Part shown: piece by piece, positions 27,313 to 37,422 of the stretch
Position numbering within the stretch: the stretch's first letter is position 1
How the letters are laid out: each line of letters opens with the position of its first letter
IMG/VR virus record: IMGVR_UViG_3300045789_000880
DNA: 64,000 nt
Direction: 5' to 3' (one strand)
Source of the DNA: an uncultured virus (IMG/VR IMGVR_UViG_3300045789_000880)
Taxonomy: Duplodnaviria > Heunggongvirae > Uroviricota > Caudoviricetes
The notes under the pieces: model-generated
Told to the model about the DNA's origin: nothing
Database searches by the model: none
The model's input: the letters and a program-made list of their open reading frames with translations, nothing else
Translations under genes and position numbers: made by a program

Positions 27313-28797
27313 ATGAACATAATTAGTGAGAATCCTTACCGAATTGCAGGCATCTTGTCTAATGTTACTGAAAAAGAACTACAGAAACAAAAAAGCAAAA
27401 TTAAAAGATACGGTGAAGTCGGAAAACAGATTACATCAGATTATGATTTTCATTTTTTAAAAAACGTATCACGCTCTGAAAAATCTATAGAAAAGGCATT
27501 TTCTGATATACAACAGAATCAAGATAAGGTAAGGAAATCACTTTTTTGGTTTATTAATGTTTCCCCATTTGATGAAACAGCAATAAATCATCTAAAAAAT
27601 AATGATCTCGATAAGGCAAAAGAAATTTGGCAAAAAGTTACTATTGGTAAAGAACTAAGTCCAAAAAACTTTTCTTGTTTCAGCAATTTATCGACGCTCA
27701 ATCTAATGAGTACTGATCAAAAAAATCTAAAAGAAGCCATTGAGAGTAAAATTCAATTGATAGAATCAGATTATTTCAAAGATTTTGCACATACGATCTC
27801 TGATGAAACCTTTACCGTTGACCAACAAAGACAAATAGAATATTTTATTGATGACATTCTAAGTGAATTAAACATCGTAAAACGGTTTGATATAAGTTCT
27901 CTTTTTGAAGGAATTAATGGAAGCTCAAAAAAATATCTTTTAAAACAGTTCACAGAAGAACCAATTCATAGTATTGAAAATGCTATTGAATCAACTAAAT
28001 CAAAAAGAAAATTAGATAAATCGAAAGCGTATGAGTTAGGTTCAAAGCTATTTAAGAATACTAAAGAAGATTTAACAAACCTCAAGAATACGCTCGGAGA
28101 AAATGATTTAAAATTCAAAATGCTCTCAGATATCCTTGCTAATGAAATTATGCAATGCGGCATAGACTATTTTAAATCTGAAAAGGACAAAAAAGATCCA
28201 AGCAATGAATGTTTAGAGCTTTTAAATTTTTCTGAATCCATAGCTATAGGTCAAAAGGCTAAGGACCGAATTATAAGTAACAAAGAAGGTATTAATGACT
28301 ACAAAAATCGTGACATTGAAGAGGCTATAAGCCTACTTGATAGTATAGCAAATCTGCATAAAAACTTGAGAACTGATCAAAAGATAGATTCCTACAAAAT
28401 CACCAAATTATTAAGGGAAAATCTTACTTCACAACTAATGACTAAGGTTATTAAATCGAACAAAGAAACAGTGAAGCGTTTCTACGTAAAATTAATAAGT
28501 CTTCAGTTGTGGATTCCCAACAATAGTTTTTTGAAAAAAGTAGAACGTCTATTTTTTGAAGGACTTAAAGATAGTCATCCAGCTAAAGCAGATATTCAAA
28601 AAATTAGAGACTTAAGATTAAAACAAAAAGCAGAAGAAAAGACTGCTAGAAATAAAAAAGTCTTGATAGTAATTGGGGTAATCGCTTTAGCTCTCCTAAT
28701 CATTTATGGAATATGGGGAATGGACGGTCTTGAGACTGTAGGAATAATAGTGTTTATTATAGCCTTTTTCGGGATTGTTGGCTATTTGAGACAATAA
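27313..28797 (+). CDS. Degenerate J-domain-like, helical-repeat protein with C-terminal TM pair
   Basis: NPYRIAGI..KELQKQK..IEKAFSDI; no HPD motif; paralog of the next gene. Confidence 0.6.
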   Translation: MNIISENPYRIAGILSNVTEKELQKQKSKIKRYGEVGKQITSDYDFHFLKNVSRSEKSIEKAFSDIQQNQDKVRKSLFWFINVSPFDETAINHLKNNDLDKAKEIWQKVTIGKELSPKNFSCFSNLSTLNLMSTDQKNLKEAIESKIQLIESDYFKDFAHTISDETFTVDQQRQIEYFIDDILSELNIVKRFDISSLFEGINGSSKKYLLKQFTEEPIHSIENAIESTKSKRKLDKSKAYELGSKLFKNTKEDLTNLKNTLGENDLKFKMLSDILANEIMQCGIDYFKSEKDKKDPSNECLELLNFSESIAIGQKAKDRIISNKEGINDYKNRDIEEAISLLDSIANLHKNLRTDQKIDSYKITKLLRENLTSQLMTKVIKSNKETVKRFYVKLISLQLWIPNNSFLKKVERLFFEGLKDSHPAKADIQKIRDLRLKQKAEEKTARNKKVLIVIGVIALALLIIYGIWGMDGLETVGIIVFIIAFFGIVGYLRQ

Positions 28798-28874
28798 TTT
28801 ACAAAATGAGGAAACCCGTAAATAGTTAAATTAAAAAAAGAATATTTTAACCACCGAACTAACTAAGTAAAAGA

Positions 28875-30647
28875 ATGAAATTAATAAGTCATAATCCTTA
28901 TCGCGTAGCTGGCATCTTATCAAATGTTACGGAAAAAGAATTACAGCGACAAAAGAGTAAAATTAAAAGGTATAGTGAGGTTGGTAAACAAATTACTTCA
29001 GACTATGATTTTAGTTTTCTTGAAAATATTGATAGGTCAGAACAAACTATTGAGTCGGCGTTTTCGAGTATAGAACAAAGCCAAGATAAAGTTAGGAATT
29101 CTTTATTTTGGTTTCTAAATGCAAACACATTTGATAATACAGCACTTGATTATCTCAAGAATGGAGATTTAAAAAAAGCTCGCGAAATTTGGGAAAAGGT
29201 AACGATAGGCAAAGCTGTAACTGATAAAAACTACTCATCGTTCAATAATATCTCCACCCTTAATTTATTAAGTACTCGTGTTGAGGATATTAAAGAAGGA
29301 GTTGAAGGGAAAATACAGCTTTTAGAATCTAATTCTTTTAAGGATTTTGCGCACACTATCTCTGACGAGACTTTTACAGCTGATAGTGATAAGCAGATTG
29401 AATATTTCATTGATGATATTTTAAATCAGCTTAAGACATCCAATAGTCAGCTGGATATAAATGATCTTTTCTCTGGTGTAAATGGAACTGCAAAAAAGTA
29501 TATATCCAAACAATTTACTGAAGAGCCAATACATAATATCGAAAGTGAGGTTGAATCCACAAAAACAAAAAGAAAAACTAACAAGTCAAATGCTTATGAA
29601 TTTGGTTCGAGACTATTCGGTAATTGCAAAGATGATTTAGCTAAGCTCAAGAAAATACTTGGAGCAAATGATTTGAGATATAAAATGCTTTCTGACTCTT
29701 TAGCAGAAGAAGTAATGCAATGTGGTATAGATTATTTCAAAGAATGGAAAGAAACTAAAGATCCAAGTGAAGAAGGCTTAAGATTATTAAAGTATGCAAA
29801 GTCTATTGCGTCAAGTAAAAAAACAAAAGACAGAGCTAATGACAATATAGAGTCGCTGGAAGAATGGTCTAAAAACGCACCTATCCAAGCTGATTTGTCA
29901 TACGTTACCAATCAACTTAAAAGCTTTCAAGATACTCAGGATAGCACAAACAATGCTTTACGTTTAGTAGAAAACTGTAAGCCGAAGCTGACTAATATGG
30001 GTTATACATTAGGTAAGAATGATGAGTTCTATTTAAACGTTAGCAGCGCGGTTGCTAGTAATAGTTTAGGAATGCTTATTTCTGTTGTAAACGAAGCTCA
30101 AGAATCTTTTGGAAATCAGCCACAATTTATGAGAACGATTGAGCCTTTAAAAAGGACAATCAAGGAAGCATTGAGAGTTACTAATATCATCGATCTACTT
30201 GATATGAATGATCAAGCTAGAATCCATTTTAATCAAAATAGAAGCGCTCTCCGAAATATTGAAAGTCAAATCTTTAATGCTACTGCCACCTCTGCTGAAA
30301 AAGCTGGTAGACTGGCTGGTCAAGCAGCCAAAGTAACTGCACGAGCCGGTCGTGCATCCGCAAAAGCCGCAGGCACTTTTGCACAAGAAATGCGCGATAA
30401 AAAGAAAAGTGATGGCGGTGGTTGCTATATAGCTACAATGGCTTACGGCGATTACGACCATCCCCAAGTAATTGAACTCAGAAAATTTAGGGATAACTAT
30501 TTAAGCAAATCATCGCTAGGAAGGCACTTTATTGAATTTTATTACAAAAATTCGCCTAATTGGGTGGAGAAACTTAAAAATAAAACAACCATTAATCAAA
30601 CTATTAGATATTCGTTGAATATGCTGATTTCAATAATTAAGAAATAA
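28875..30647 (+). CDS. Degenerate J-domain-like protein with C-terminal CFI-box-CTERM
   Basis: Same N-terminal ~330 aa as the previous gene; GGGCYIATMAYGDYDHPQVIELRKFRD..FYYKNSP. Confidence 0.75.
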   Translation: MKLISHNPYRVAGILSNVTEKELQRQKSKIKRYSEVGKQITSDYDFSFLENIDRSEQTIESAFSSIEQSQDKVRNSLFWFLNANTFDNTALDYLKNGDLKKAREIWEKVTIGKAVTDKNYSSFNNISTLNLLSTRVEDIKEGVEGKIQLLESNSFKDFAHTISDETFTADSDKQIEYFIDDILNQLKTSNSQLDINDLFSGVNGTAKKYISKQFTEEPIHNIESEVESTKTKRKTNKSNAYEFGSRLFGNCKDDLAKLKKILGANDLRYKMLSDSLAEEVMQCGIDYFKEWKETKDPSEEGLRLLKYAKSIASSKKTKDRANDNIESLEEWSKNAPIQADLSYVTNQLKSFQDTQDSTNNALRLVENCKPKLTNMGYTLGKNDEFYLNVSSAVASNSLGMLISVVNEAQESFGNQPQFMRTIEPLKRTIKEALRVTNIIDLLDMNDQARIHFNQNRSALRNIESQIFNATATSAEKAGRLAGQAAKVTARAGRASAKAAGTFAQEMRDKKKSDGGGCYIATMAYGDYDHPQVIELRKFRDNYLSKSSLGRHFIEFYYKNSPNWVEKLKNKTTINQTIRYSLNMLISIIKK

Positions 30648-31582
30648 TGAGAGATAAAATTATATTACTTTTTTTATTAGCCACTGGGACAATGTTTGCT
30701 CAAGTAAATGATTCCACGTTGGTAAGGGATATTCAAGTCATTCAAAATAGCTTACAACAACAGCAAGCTGAATATAATGGCTTGTCGAGTAGACTCAACA
30801 ATCAGCAATATGTGATTAACAAGCAACGTAATTTATTAGATGACTTTGAAAAGAATTCAAAAGCCCAGAAAAAAACGATTGATAGTCTTTTACAGCTAAT
30901 CAATACCAATGGTCAAAATATTAAAACGAATTCTCAAGAGTTAGGAACAAAAATCCAAACTGCCAAAAAGGAAACCAATACAAAACTATCTCAAATAGAT
31001 GATACTATTGATAGTAATCAACTTTATTGGATTTTAGGAACAGCGGGTACGATTCTTTTAGGAGGACTTATGTATTTCTTCTTAGGCAAAAGAATTAAAA
31101 CAAGTAAGAGCGACGTTGAAGTACAAATTAGAAACACGAAGAAAGCCCTTGAAGAAGAAAGTGTCAAGCTAGATAGTAAGCTAGTTGAAGTTTTAGACAC
31201 CCAATTGAAGTTGAAAAGCGAAGAAGTTAAGATTTCTTCTAAGTCACCTGAAACTACGGATCATTCTTTAGCTCTCAAAGTTGCTGATGAAATTATCAGA
31301 ATACAGAAAAACCTGAGCAGAATGGACGATTCTACTAAGGGACTCAAGCAATTAAATTCTTCCGTAAAACGAATACAAGACAACTTTGCGGCAAACGGCT
31401 ATGAATTAGTTGAGATGCTTGGAAAAGAATTTAATGAGGGATTGAAGGTTACAGCGAATTTTGTCCCAAGTGAAGACCTAGAGACAGGCAAACAAGTTAT
31501 ATCAAGAATAATCAAACCACAAGTGAATTATAAGAATAAGATGATTCAAGCAGCTCAAATAGAAGTTAGTGTTGGTGAATAA
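30647..31582 (+). CDS. Membrane-anchored GrpE-like protein
   Basis: Signal peptide, coiled coil, TM, then GYELVEMLGKEFNEG..ISRIIKPQVNYKNKMIQAAQIEV GrpE-like head. Confidence 0.65.
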   Translation: MRDKIILLFLLATGTMFAQVNDSTLVRDIQVIQNSLQQQQAEYNGLSSRLNNQQYVINKQRNLLDDFEKNSKAQKKTIDSLLQLINTNGQNIKTNSQELGTKIQTAKKETNTKLSQIDDTIDSNQLYWILGTAGTILLGGLMYFFLGKRIKTSKSDVEVQIRNTKKALEEESVKLDSKLVEVLDTQLKLKSEEVKISSKSPETTDHSLALKVADEIIRIQKNLSRMDDSTKGLKQLNSSVKRIQDNFAANGYELVEMLGKEFNEGLKVTANFVPSEDLETGKQVISRIIKPQVNYKNKMIQAAQIEVSVGE

Positions 31583-31592
31583 AATAAAAAAA

Positions 31593-34115
31593 ATGACAAG
31601 AACAAAAATAGATTACGGAATAGATTTAGGTACAACTAATTCAGCCATATCAAGAATGGAAAATGGTGAACCTACTATTAAAAAGACTGATACGTTAAAA
31701 GATACTATGCCTTCTTGTGTATATATTAACAAGAAGAAATCAATTCAAGTTGGGGATAGCGCTTACAATGCTTTAAAAAGAGATAAGCTTAAAGCAATGG
31801 GAACTTGGAATAGCGAAAATGATAATTCTTTCATTGAGTTTAAAAGAACAATGGGTACTGATAAAAAGTACTCAAGTAAAAATTTAGGAAAAGAACAATC
31901 ATCTGAAGAATTATCGGCTGAAGTTCTTAAGACTCTTAAATCTTTTATTAAAGATGAGAATGTAAATTCCATTGTAGTCACCGTACCAGCAGCTTTTAAG
32001 AACAATCAAATTGATGCAACAAGAAGAGCTGGTAAATTGGCTGGCTTCGACCATATAGAGATACTCCAAGAACCTGTGGCCGCATCAATGGCTTATGGAC
32101 TTGAAAATAATAAGAAAGATGGATTCTGGTTAGTTTTTGATTTTGGAGGAGGAACTTTTGATTCTGCTCTTTTAAAAGTTGAAGACGGTATTATGAAAGT
32201 TATAGATACTGAAGGAGATAATTATTTAGGAGGTAAAAATTTAGACTTTGCTATTGTAGATGAAATCATTCTTCCTTACTTAGAGAATAATTTCTCCATC
32301 AATTCTATTTTAGAAGATGACGATAAAAAGCAAATTTTAAGAAATGCGATGAAATTCTATGCCGAAGAAACCAAAATCAAACTTTCTTTTAATGAAACAC
32401 ATAATATACTATCCGATTTAGGAGATATTCCTGGAGAAGATGATGAAGGTGAAGAATTTGAGCTTGATATAACAGTTACTCAAGAGGATATAACTAGAGC
32501 TTTAGCTCCTGTCTTTCAAAAAGCAATTGATACTTCAACACAGTTATTGGAAAGAAATAATCTCAAAGGAAATTCATTAGAGTCACTTATACTTGTTGGT
32601 GGGCCTACTTTCTCACCTGTGTTAAGGAAAATGTTGGAAAAACAAATTTGTAAACCTGACACAAGCGCAGATCCTATGACGGTAGTTTCCAAAGGAGCTG
32701 CTCTTTATGCATCTACAGTATCGATATCAGATGAGGTAAGAGAACAAACTAGAGATAAAACCAAAATTCAAATAGAGATTGGACACGAAGCGTCTACAGT
32801 AGAAATTGAGGAATTTGTTACACTAAAAATATTAGAGGAGAAAACAGATGGAGAAATACCCGATGCCGTTTTTGCAGAGATAACCAGAGGCGATAAAGCT
32901 TGGTCTAGTGGTAAAGTAGAAATCAACGCTATTGGTGAGGTTATAGATACCCAACTCAATGAAGGGAAAACCAATATTTTTGAAGTACTATTATATGATG
33001 GTAAAGGAAACTTATTAGAGAGTGAACCTAGTTCATTTAGTATCATTCAAGGGTCAAAAATAGGTAGTGCAACATTACCTTATAATATCGGAATAGAACT
33101 TAAACAAAAGGCATCAGGTAAAATTGTTTTCACAACTGTTAAAGGCTTAGAGAAGAATCAATCCCTTTCTGCAACAGGGATTTTAAACGGACTTAAAACT
33201 CAAAAGCAAATTCGTCCAGGAATGGATTCAGATTTTATCAAGATTCCTATTTATCAAGGAGAACACGATTCTGAAGGGACAAGAGCAATCTATAACGAAC
33301 ACGTTTATGATATAATTATAAGCGGTGCTGATCTTCCTGCATTATTACCAGAGAACAACGATGTTGATTTGACAATAAATGTCGACAAATCTCAGAAATT
33401 ATCAGTGCAAGCTTATTTCCCATACTTAGATCATACTGCAGAAATAGATGTTCCTACAGATAATGTTCAATCTGTTGAAACGAGTTGGTTACAGAATGAG
33501 ATTAGAAAAGCAAAAGGCAGTCTTGAAGAATTACAACAAGAGGGAAGCAATCCTAAACTTGATAAAATCAGTAAGGATTTGGAAACTTTAGAGCAATCTT
33601 TCAATAACAACAAGAATGATTTAGATGGAAAACAAGAGGTTCTTACTAATCTTAGAAGATCATTAAAAGTTATAGATGAACTAGGTAATCAAACAGAGTG
33701 GCCTAAACTTGAAGAATCACTCAAAGAAGAGTTCTACAGATTAGAGAAAATAAATGGCGAGCTAGGTAATGATAAATCTACCGAACAAGTCAACGAATAT
33801 AGAGGCCAGTTAGATGATGTAATTAGATCTAAAGATGTAAAATTAGGGAATCAACTGCACGAAGAAATTCACAGCTTCTTTTTCCAGTTGACATTTATCT
33901 ATCAACTCATAGGATTTATTCAGCAGCACGATGAACATTTTGGCTCATTCAATTGGAGAGATAGTAATAAAGCAAGAACTCTATTAAATAGAGGAAAGCA
34001 AATTATTAGTGAAAATCCAGACGTAGATGATTTACATCCAGTGATTATTTCACTTATTGATCTTTTACCTATGGACGAGAGACCTAGTGGTGATGATTCT
34101 GTTTTGGTAGGTTAA
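31593..34115 (+). CDS. Specialised Hsp70-family protein (about 840 aa; start re-assigned to ATG 31593)
   Basis: GIDLGTTNS, TVPAAF, EPVAA, FDFGGGTFD, LGGKNLD, LVGGPT; extended non-DnaK C-terminus. Confidence 0.92.
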   Translation: MTRTKIDYGIDLGTTNSAISRMENGEPTIKKTDTLKDTMPSCVYINKKKSIQVGDSAYNALKRDKLKAMGTWNSENDNSFIEFKRTMGTDKKYSSKNLGKEQSSEELSAEVLKTLKSFIKDENVNSIVVTVPAAFKNNQIDATRRAGKLAGFDHIEILQEPVAASMAYGLENNKKDGFWLVFDFGGGTFDSALLKVEDGIMKVIDTEGDNYLGGKNLDFAIVDEIILPYLENNFSINSILEDDDKKQILRNAMKFYAEETKIKLSFNETHNILSDLGDIPGEDDEGEEFELDITVTQEDITRALAPVFQKAIDTSTQLLERNNLKGNSLESLILVGGPTFSPVLRKMLEKQICKPDTSADPMTVVSKGAALYASTVSISDEVREQTRDKTKIQIEIGHEASTVEIEEFVTLKILEEKTDGEIPDAVFAEITRGDKAWSSGKVEINAIGEVIDTQLNEGKTNIFEVLLYDGKGNLLESEPSSFSIIQGSKIGSATLPYNIGIELKQKASGKIVFTTVKGLEKNQSLSATGILNGLKTQKQIRPGMDSDFIKIPIYQGEHDSEGTRAIYNEHVYDIIISGADLPALLPENNDVDLTINVDKSQKLSVQAYFPYLDHTAEIDVPTDNVQSVETSWLQNEIRKAKGSLEELQQEGSNPKLDKISKDLETLEQSFNNNKNDLDGKQEVLTNLRRSLKVIDELGNQTEWPKLEESLKEEFYRLEKINGELGNDKSTEQVNEYRGQLDDVIRSKDVKLGNQLHEEIHSFFFQLTFIYQLIGFIQQHDEHFGSFNWRDSNKARTLLNRGKQIISENPDVDDLHPVIISLIDLLPMDERPSGDDSVLVG

Positions 34116-34126
34116 ACATTAGAACT

Positions 34127-34819
34127 ATGATTAAAAAATTAATTTTTCCTTTTATACTCATACTACTTGTATGTTCAAGTTGTGAATCTGAAGCTGAGAG
34201 ATCCCAAAGACTAGTTAAAGAAGAAAAGCAGCGCATTGAATTAAAAGAACAAGTAGAACAAAAAGAAAGAGAACGTCAATTTCAAATAGAACAAGAACGT
34301 GTAGCGAAAGAGGAAAGAGATGAACTAGAAAGAGTTCGCCGAGCGAAACTAGAGGAGGAAGAAAGAAAAAGGAAGGAAATTTTTGATAAGTATATTAATA
34401 ATTCACTTAGAAATGGGGCAACTCCTTATTCATATTGTTTTGGAGGAAATAAATCTTGTTCGGACTACGGCTGTTCTCAAATAAAAGTCAAAACGCCTTT
34501 CAATTCGGACGTTATGGTTACGATTAAGAAGAATGATGAAGTTTACAGGCACGCTTTCATAAAAGCTGGAAGTAGATATACATTTGAATTTCCTAACGGC
34601 ACCTATCAAGCCTTCTTTTATTACGGTAAAGGGTGGAATCCTAGTAAAGTAATGAAACAAGTAAGTTGTGGCAGTTTGAAAGGTGGTTTTATTACTGATG
34701 AATTGTTTAGTAAAGACAATCCACAAAGTTTAAATAATAATATACTGGAATATGAATTGGTTTTACAGCAAAACGGAAATTTCAGCACAAAGCCAAGTAA
34801 TTTGGATGAGGCATTTTAG
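34127..34819 (+). CDS. Putative lipoprotein/exported protein with coiled coil and beta domain
   Basis: MIKKLIFPFILILLVCSSC leader. Confidence 0.65.
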   Translation: MIKKLIFPFILILLVCSSCESEAERSQRLVKEEKQRIELKEQVEQKERERQFQIEQERVAKEERDELERVRRAKLEEEERKRKEIFDKYINNSLRNGATPYSYCFGGNKSCSDYGCSQIKVKTPFNSDVMVTIKKNDEVYRHAFIKAGSRYTFEFPNGTYQAFFYYGKGWNPSKVMKQVSCGSLKGGFITDELFSKDNPQSLNNNILEYELVLQQNGNFSTKPSNLDEAF

Positions 34820-36595
34820 ATGAAAAAAAATCAATACATATTACCTAAAGGACATCAAGTTGATGAGAAATACACTGTTACTTTCTCACTGAAGAAAGGG
34901 AGTTATGCCGAAGCCTATAGGGTTAAAGATCTGGAAGGAAAGACAAAATTTCTAAAACTATTTCTACATACGAAACTAGATAGAACCCAGTATGATAAAG
35001 AAGGGAATGTTCTAGAGGTTAAAATACTCTCCACATTGAGCCATCCTAATATCGTAAATTATGTAGATAGCGGTTCATTGATTTTTGAAAATCAAAAATT
35101 AGATTTTGTGGTATTAGACTTCGTAAGTGGCGAGACCATTGCAGATAAAATGAAGCGAGACTCGTCCTTGAGTATATATGAAGCAAAGGATATAATATCA
35201 GGAGTACTAAATGGGCTGAATCATCTTCATAATTTAGATAGTCCAATTATCCATAACGATGTAACCAACCTTAATGTAATGGTTGACCTCTCTGGAAAAA
35301 TACATATTCCGAAACTTATCGATTTTGGGTATGCAAGATATGAGAAGCAGTCAAATAAAGATTTTTTAAAAGATGGACTCAATGTATTTTATACCGCTGA
35401 GGAGTCTTTTAATAAGGTTTTTACCGTCCAGACGGATGTGTTTTCGGTCGGCGCTTTGTATTACCATATGCTCATTGGTCTTCCGCCTTGGTTTTTTGAA
35501 ATATCTAAGTATAAAGCTGATAAGGATAAATTAGAAGATCTTGTTATTGAGGAAAGAAAAAAGCCTTTGCAGTTTGATAACAAGAACGTCAAAATTGATG
35601 CGTTAACCAAAAATGTAATTATAAAAGCTTTACAGCCTGAAGCTGAGAATCGTTTCAAAAATATAAAAGAGTTTATTCAGGCTATTAATGGTGAACTTGA
35701 GTTAGATGAAATTCAAGCTAAAAAGGAGACTATAAAAGTTAAACCAAAGAAATTAAAGGCTGGTCAAGGCTTTAAATCTATCGCAGGAATGCAAGATTTA
35801 AAAGACACGATTAGAGTAGATGTCATAGATGCCTTAAACGAGAAAGAACGCTATGCAGAGTATGGACTTACAATACCAAATGGGATGCTCTTATATGGAC
35901 CACCTGGTTGCGGTAAGACGTTTTTTGCAGAAAGAATGGCAGAAGAAATCGGATTTAATTTTTATCAAATTAAACCATCAGACATTCAGAGTAAATGGGT
36001 CAACGCTTCTCAAGAAAATATTAACAAACTTTTTTCAGAAGCAAAAGAACACGCCCCAAGTATCATTTTTATAGACGAATTAGATGCTTTAGTTCCTAAT
36101 AGAGACAATAATAGCGTCAATCATATGAACACTAGCGCTGTAAATGAGTTTCTCGCTCAAATGAATAATTGCGGAGAAGATGGCGTTTTCATAATCGGTG
36201 CGACTAATAGACCTAACGCCATAGATCCTGCAATGCTGCGTGCAGGAAGACTCGATAAGATGATTTATCTACCACCTCCAGATTTAGAGGCTAGAGAATT
36301 AATGTTTAAGATGTATTTAGACAAAAGACCCAGAGAGTTAGGATTAGATTATTCCGCTTTCGCGAAAGCGACAGAAAACTATGTGTCCAGTGATATTAAA
36401 TTTTTGTGCGATGAAGCATCCCGCACAGCTCTGAAAACGAAATCAAGAATCTCTAAAGAGATACTTCTCAAGACCATCAAAAATAACAGACCATCAATTT
36501 CACTAGCTGAGCTTAATAGCTATATAAAAATAAAGGCTAAAATGGAAGGCTTATCAGAATCTAATAATAACAGACCTAGTATAGGTTTTAAATAA
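34820..36595 (+). CDS. Ser/Thr kinase - AAA+ ATPase fusion
   Basis: KGSYAEAY, IIHNDVTNLN, IDFG, DVFSVG; GPPGCGKT, IFIDELD, GATNRP, RAGRLD; ends RPSIGFK. Confidence 0.92.
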   Translation: MKKNQYILPKGHQVDEKYTVTFSLKKGSYAEAYRVKDLEGKTKFLKLFLHTKLDRTQYDKEGNVLEVKILSTLSHPNIVNYVDSGSLIFENQKLDFVVLDFVSGETIADKMKRDSSLSIYEAKDIISGVLNGLNHLHNLDSPIIHNDVTNLNVMVDLSGKIHIPKLIDFGYARYEKQSNKDFLKDGLNVFYTAEESFNKVFTVQTDVFSVGALYYHMLIGLPPWFFEISKYKADKDKLEDLVIEERKKPLQFDNKNVKIDALTKNVIIKALQPEAENRFKNIKEFIQAINGELELDEIQAKKETIKVKPKKLKAGQGFKSIAGMQDLKDTIRVDVIDALNEKERYAEYGLTIPNGMLLYGPPGCGKTFFAERMAEEIGFNFYQIKPSDIQSKWVNASQENINKLFSEAKEHAPSIIFIDELDALVPNRDNNSVNHMNTSAVNEFLAQMNNCGEDGVFIIGATNRPNAIDPAMLRAGRLDKMIYLPPPDLEARELMFKMYLDKRPRELGLDYSAFAKATENYVSSDIKFLCDEASRTALKTKSRISKEILLKTIKNNRPSISLAELNSYIKIKAKMEGLSESNNNRPSIGFK

Positions 36596-36602
36596 TATAA
36601 AA

Positions 36603-37127
36603 ATGGAATCAACACATTTAGATAAATTACTGTTAAGAACAGCATTTTCCTGTATGGCCTGTGATGGCGATATAGATGATAGTGAAATAAAACTGATTAA
36701 AGAATTGCATAAATCCCAAAAAACATTTGGAGATGTAAACATTGATGAAGAGTTAAACGCTCTCCTTTCTAAAATTAACAGTGAAGGAGCTTCCTTCTTG
36801 AAAGACTACTTCACACTATTAGCTCAGTCTCAACTAACAACCTCAGACGAGTTGAAATTAATAGAAGTGGCTATTGATACGATTAAAGCAGATGATAAGG
36901 TAGAATATAGTGAGATTAAATTCTTTAAAGTGATTCGATCTAAACTAAATATAGACAATGAAGCTATATTAGATGTACATCCAGATTTTGAAGAATATTT
37001 AGAAGAAGATATCATTAGTGATTCGTATCTGGCTAGACTTCAAGATGATTTTTTTAAGGACCAGGAGCTACCTCAGTTCGATTTGCTTATTAATGTAAAC
37101 GATTCAAACACTAAAAGTGATAGCTAA
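36603..37127 (+). CDS. TerB-family protein
   Basis: MACDGDIDDSEI and IKADDKVEYSEI duplicated TerB motifs. Confidence 0.8.
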   Translation: MESTHLDKLLLRTAFSCMACDGDIDDSEIKLIKELHKSQKTFGDVNIDEELNALLSKINSEGASFLKDYFTLLAQSQLTTSDELKLIEVAIDTIKADDKVEYSEIKFFKVIRSKLNIDNEAILDVHPDFEEYLEEDIISDSYLARLQDDFFKDQELPQFDLLINVNDSNTKSDS

Positions 37128-37422
37128 ATTTTTAAAATTTGGTCTTGCAATACTCCTGTTGCTGTGCCTCTTAGATATGCCTTATGGTTTCTATCAGTTA
37201 GTACGATTTATAGCTTTAGCAGTTTTTGGTTTTTTAGCTTACGATGCAAATCAAAGAAAACAAAACGCGCTTGTTGTTATTTACGGTGTTTTAGCATTGT
37301 TGTTTCAGCCTTTTTTTAAAGTTGCGCTTGGAAGAGATTTGTGGAATATGGTTGATGTTGTCGTTGCGGTATTTCTAATAGGAAGTCTATTGCTCCCATT
37401 CCAAAACAAAGATGAAAGATAA
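37117..37422 (+). CDS. Small multi-TM protein (DUF6804-like)
   Basis: MPYGFYQLVRF..LFQPFFKVALGRDLWNMVDV. Confidence 0.7.
   Translation: MIAKFLKFGLAILLLLCLLDMPYGFYQLVRFIALAVFGFLAYDANQRKQNALVVIYGVLALLFQPFFKVALGRDLWNMVDVVVAVFLIGSLLLPFQNKDER

Noticed and set aside
31593..34115. Housekeeping dnaK
   Set aside because: About 840 aa with a divergent C-terminal half and accessory-island context; no gene symbol given
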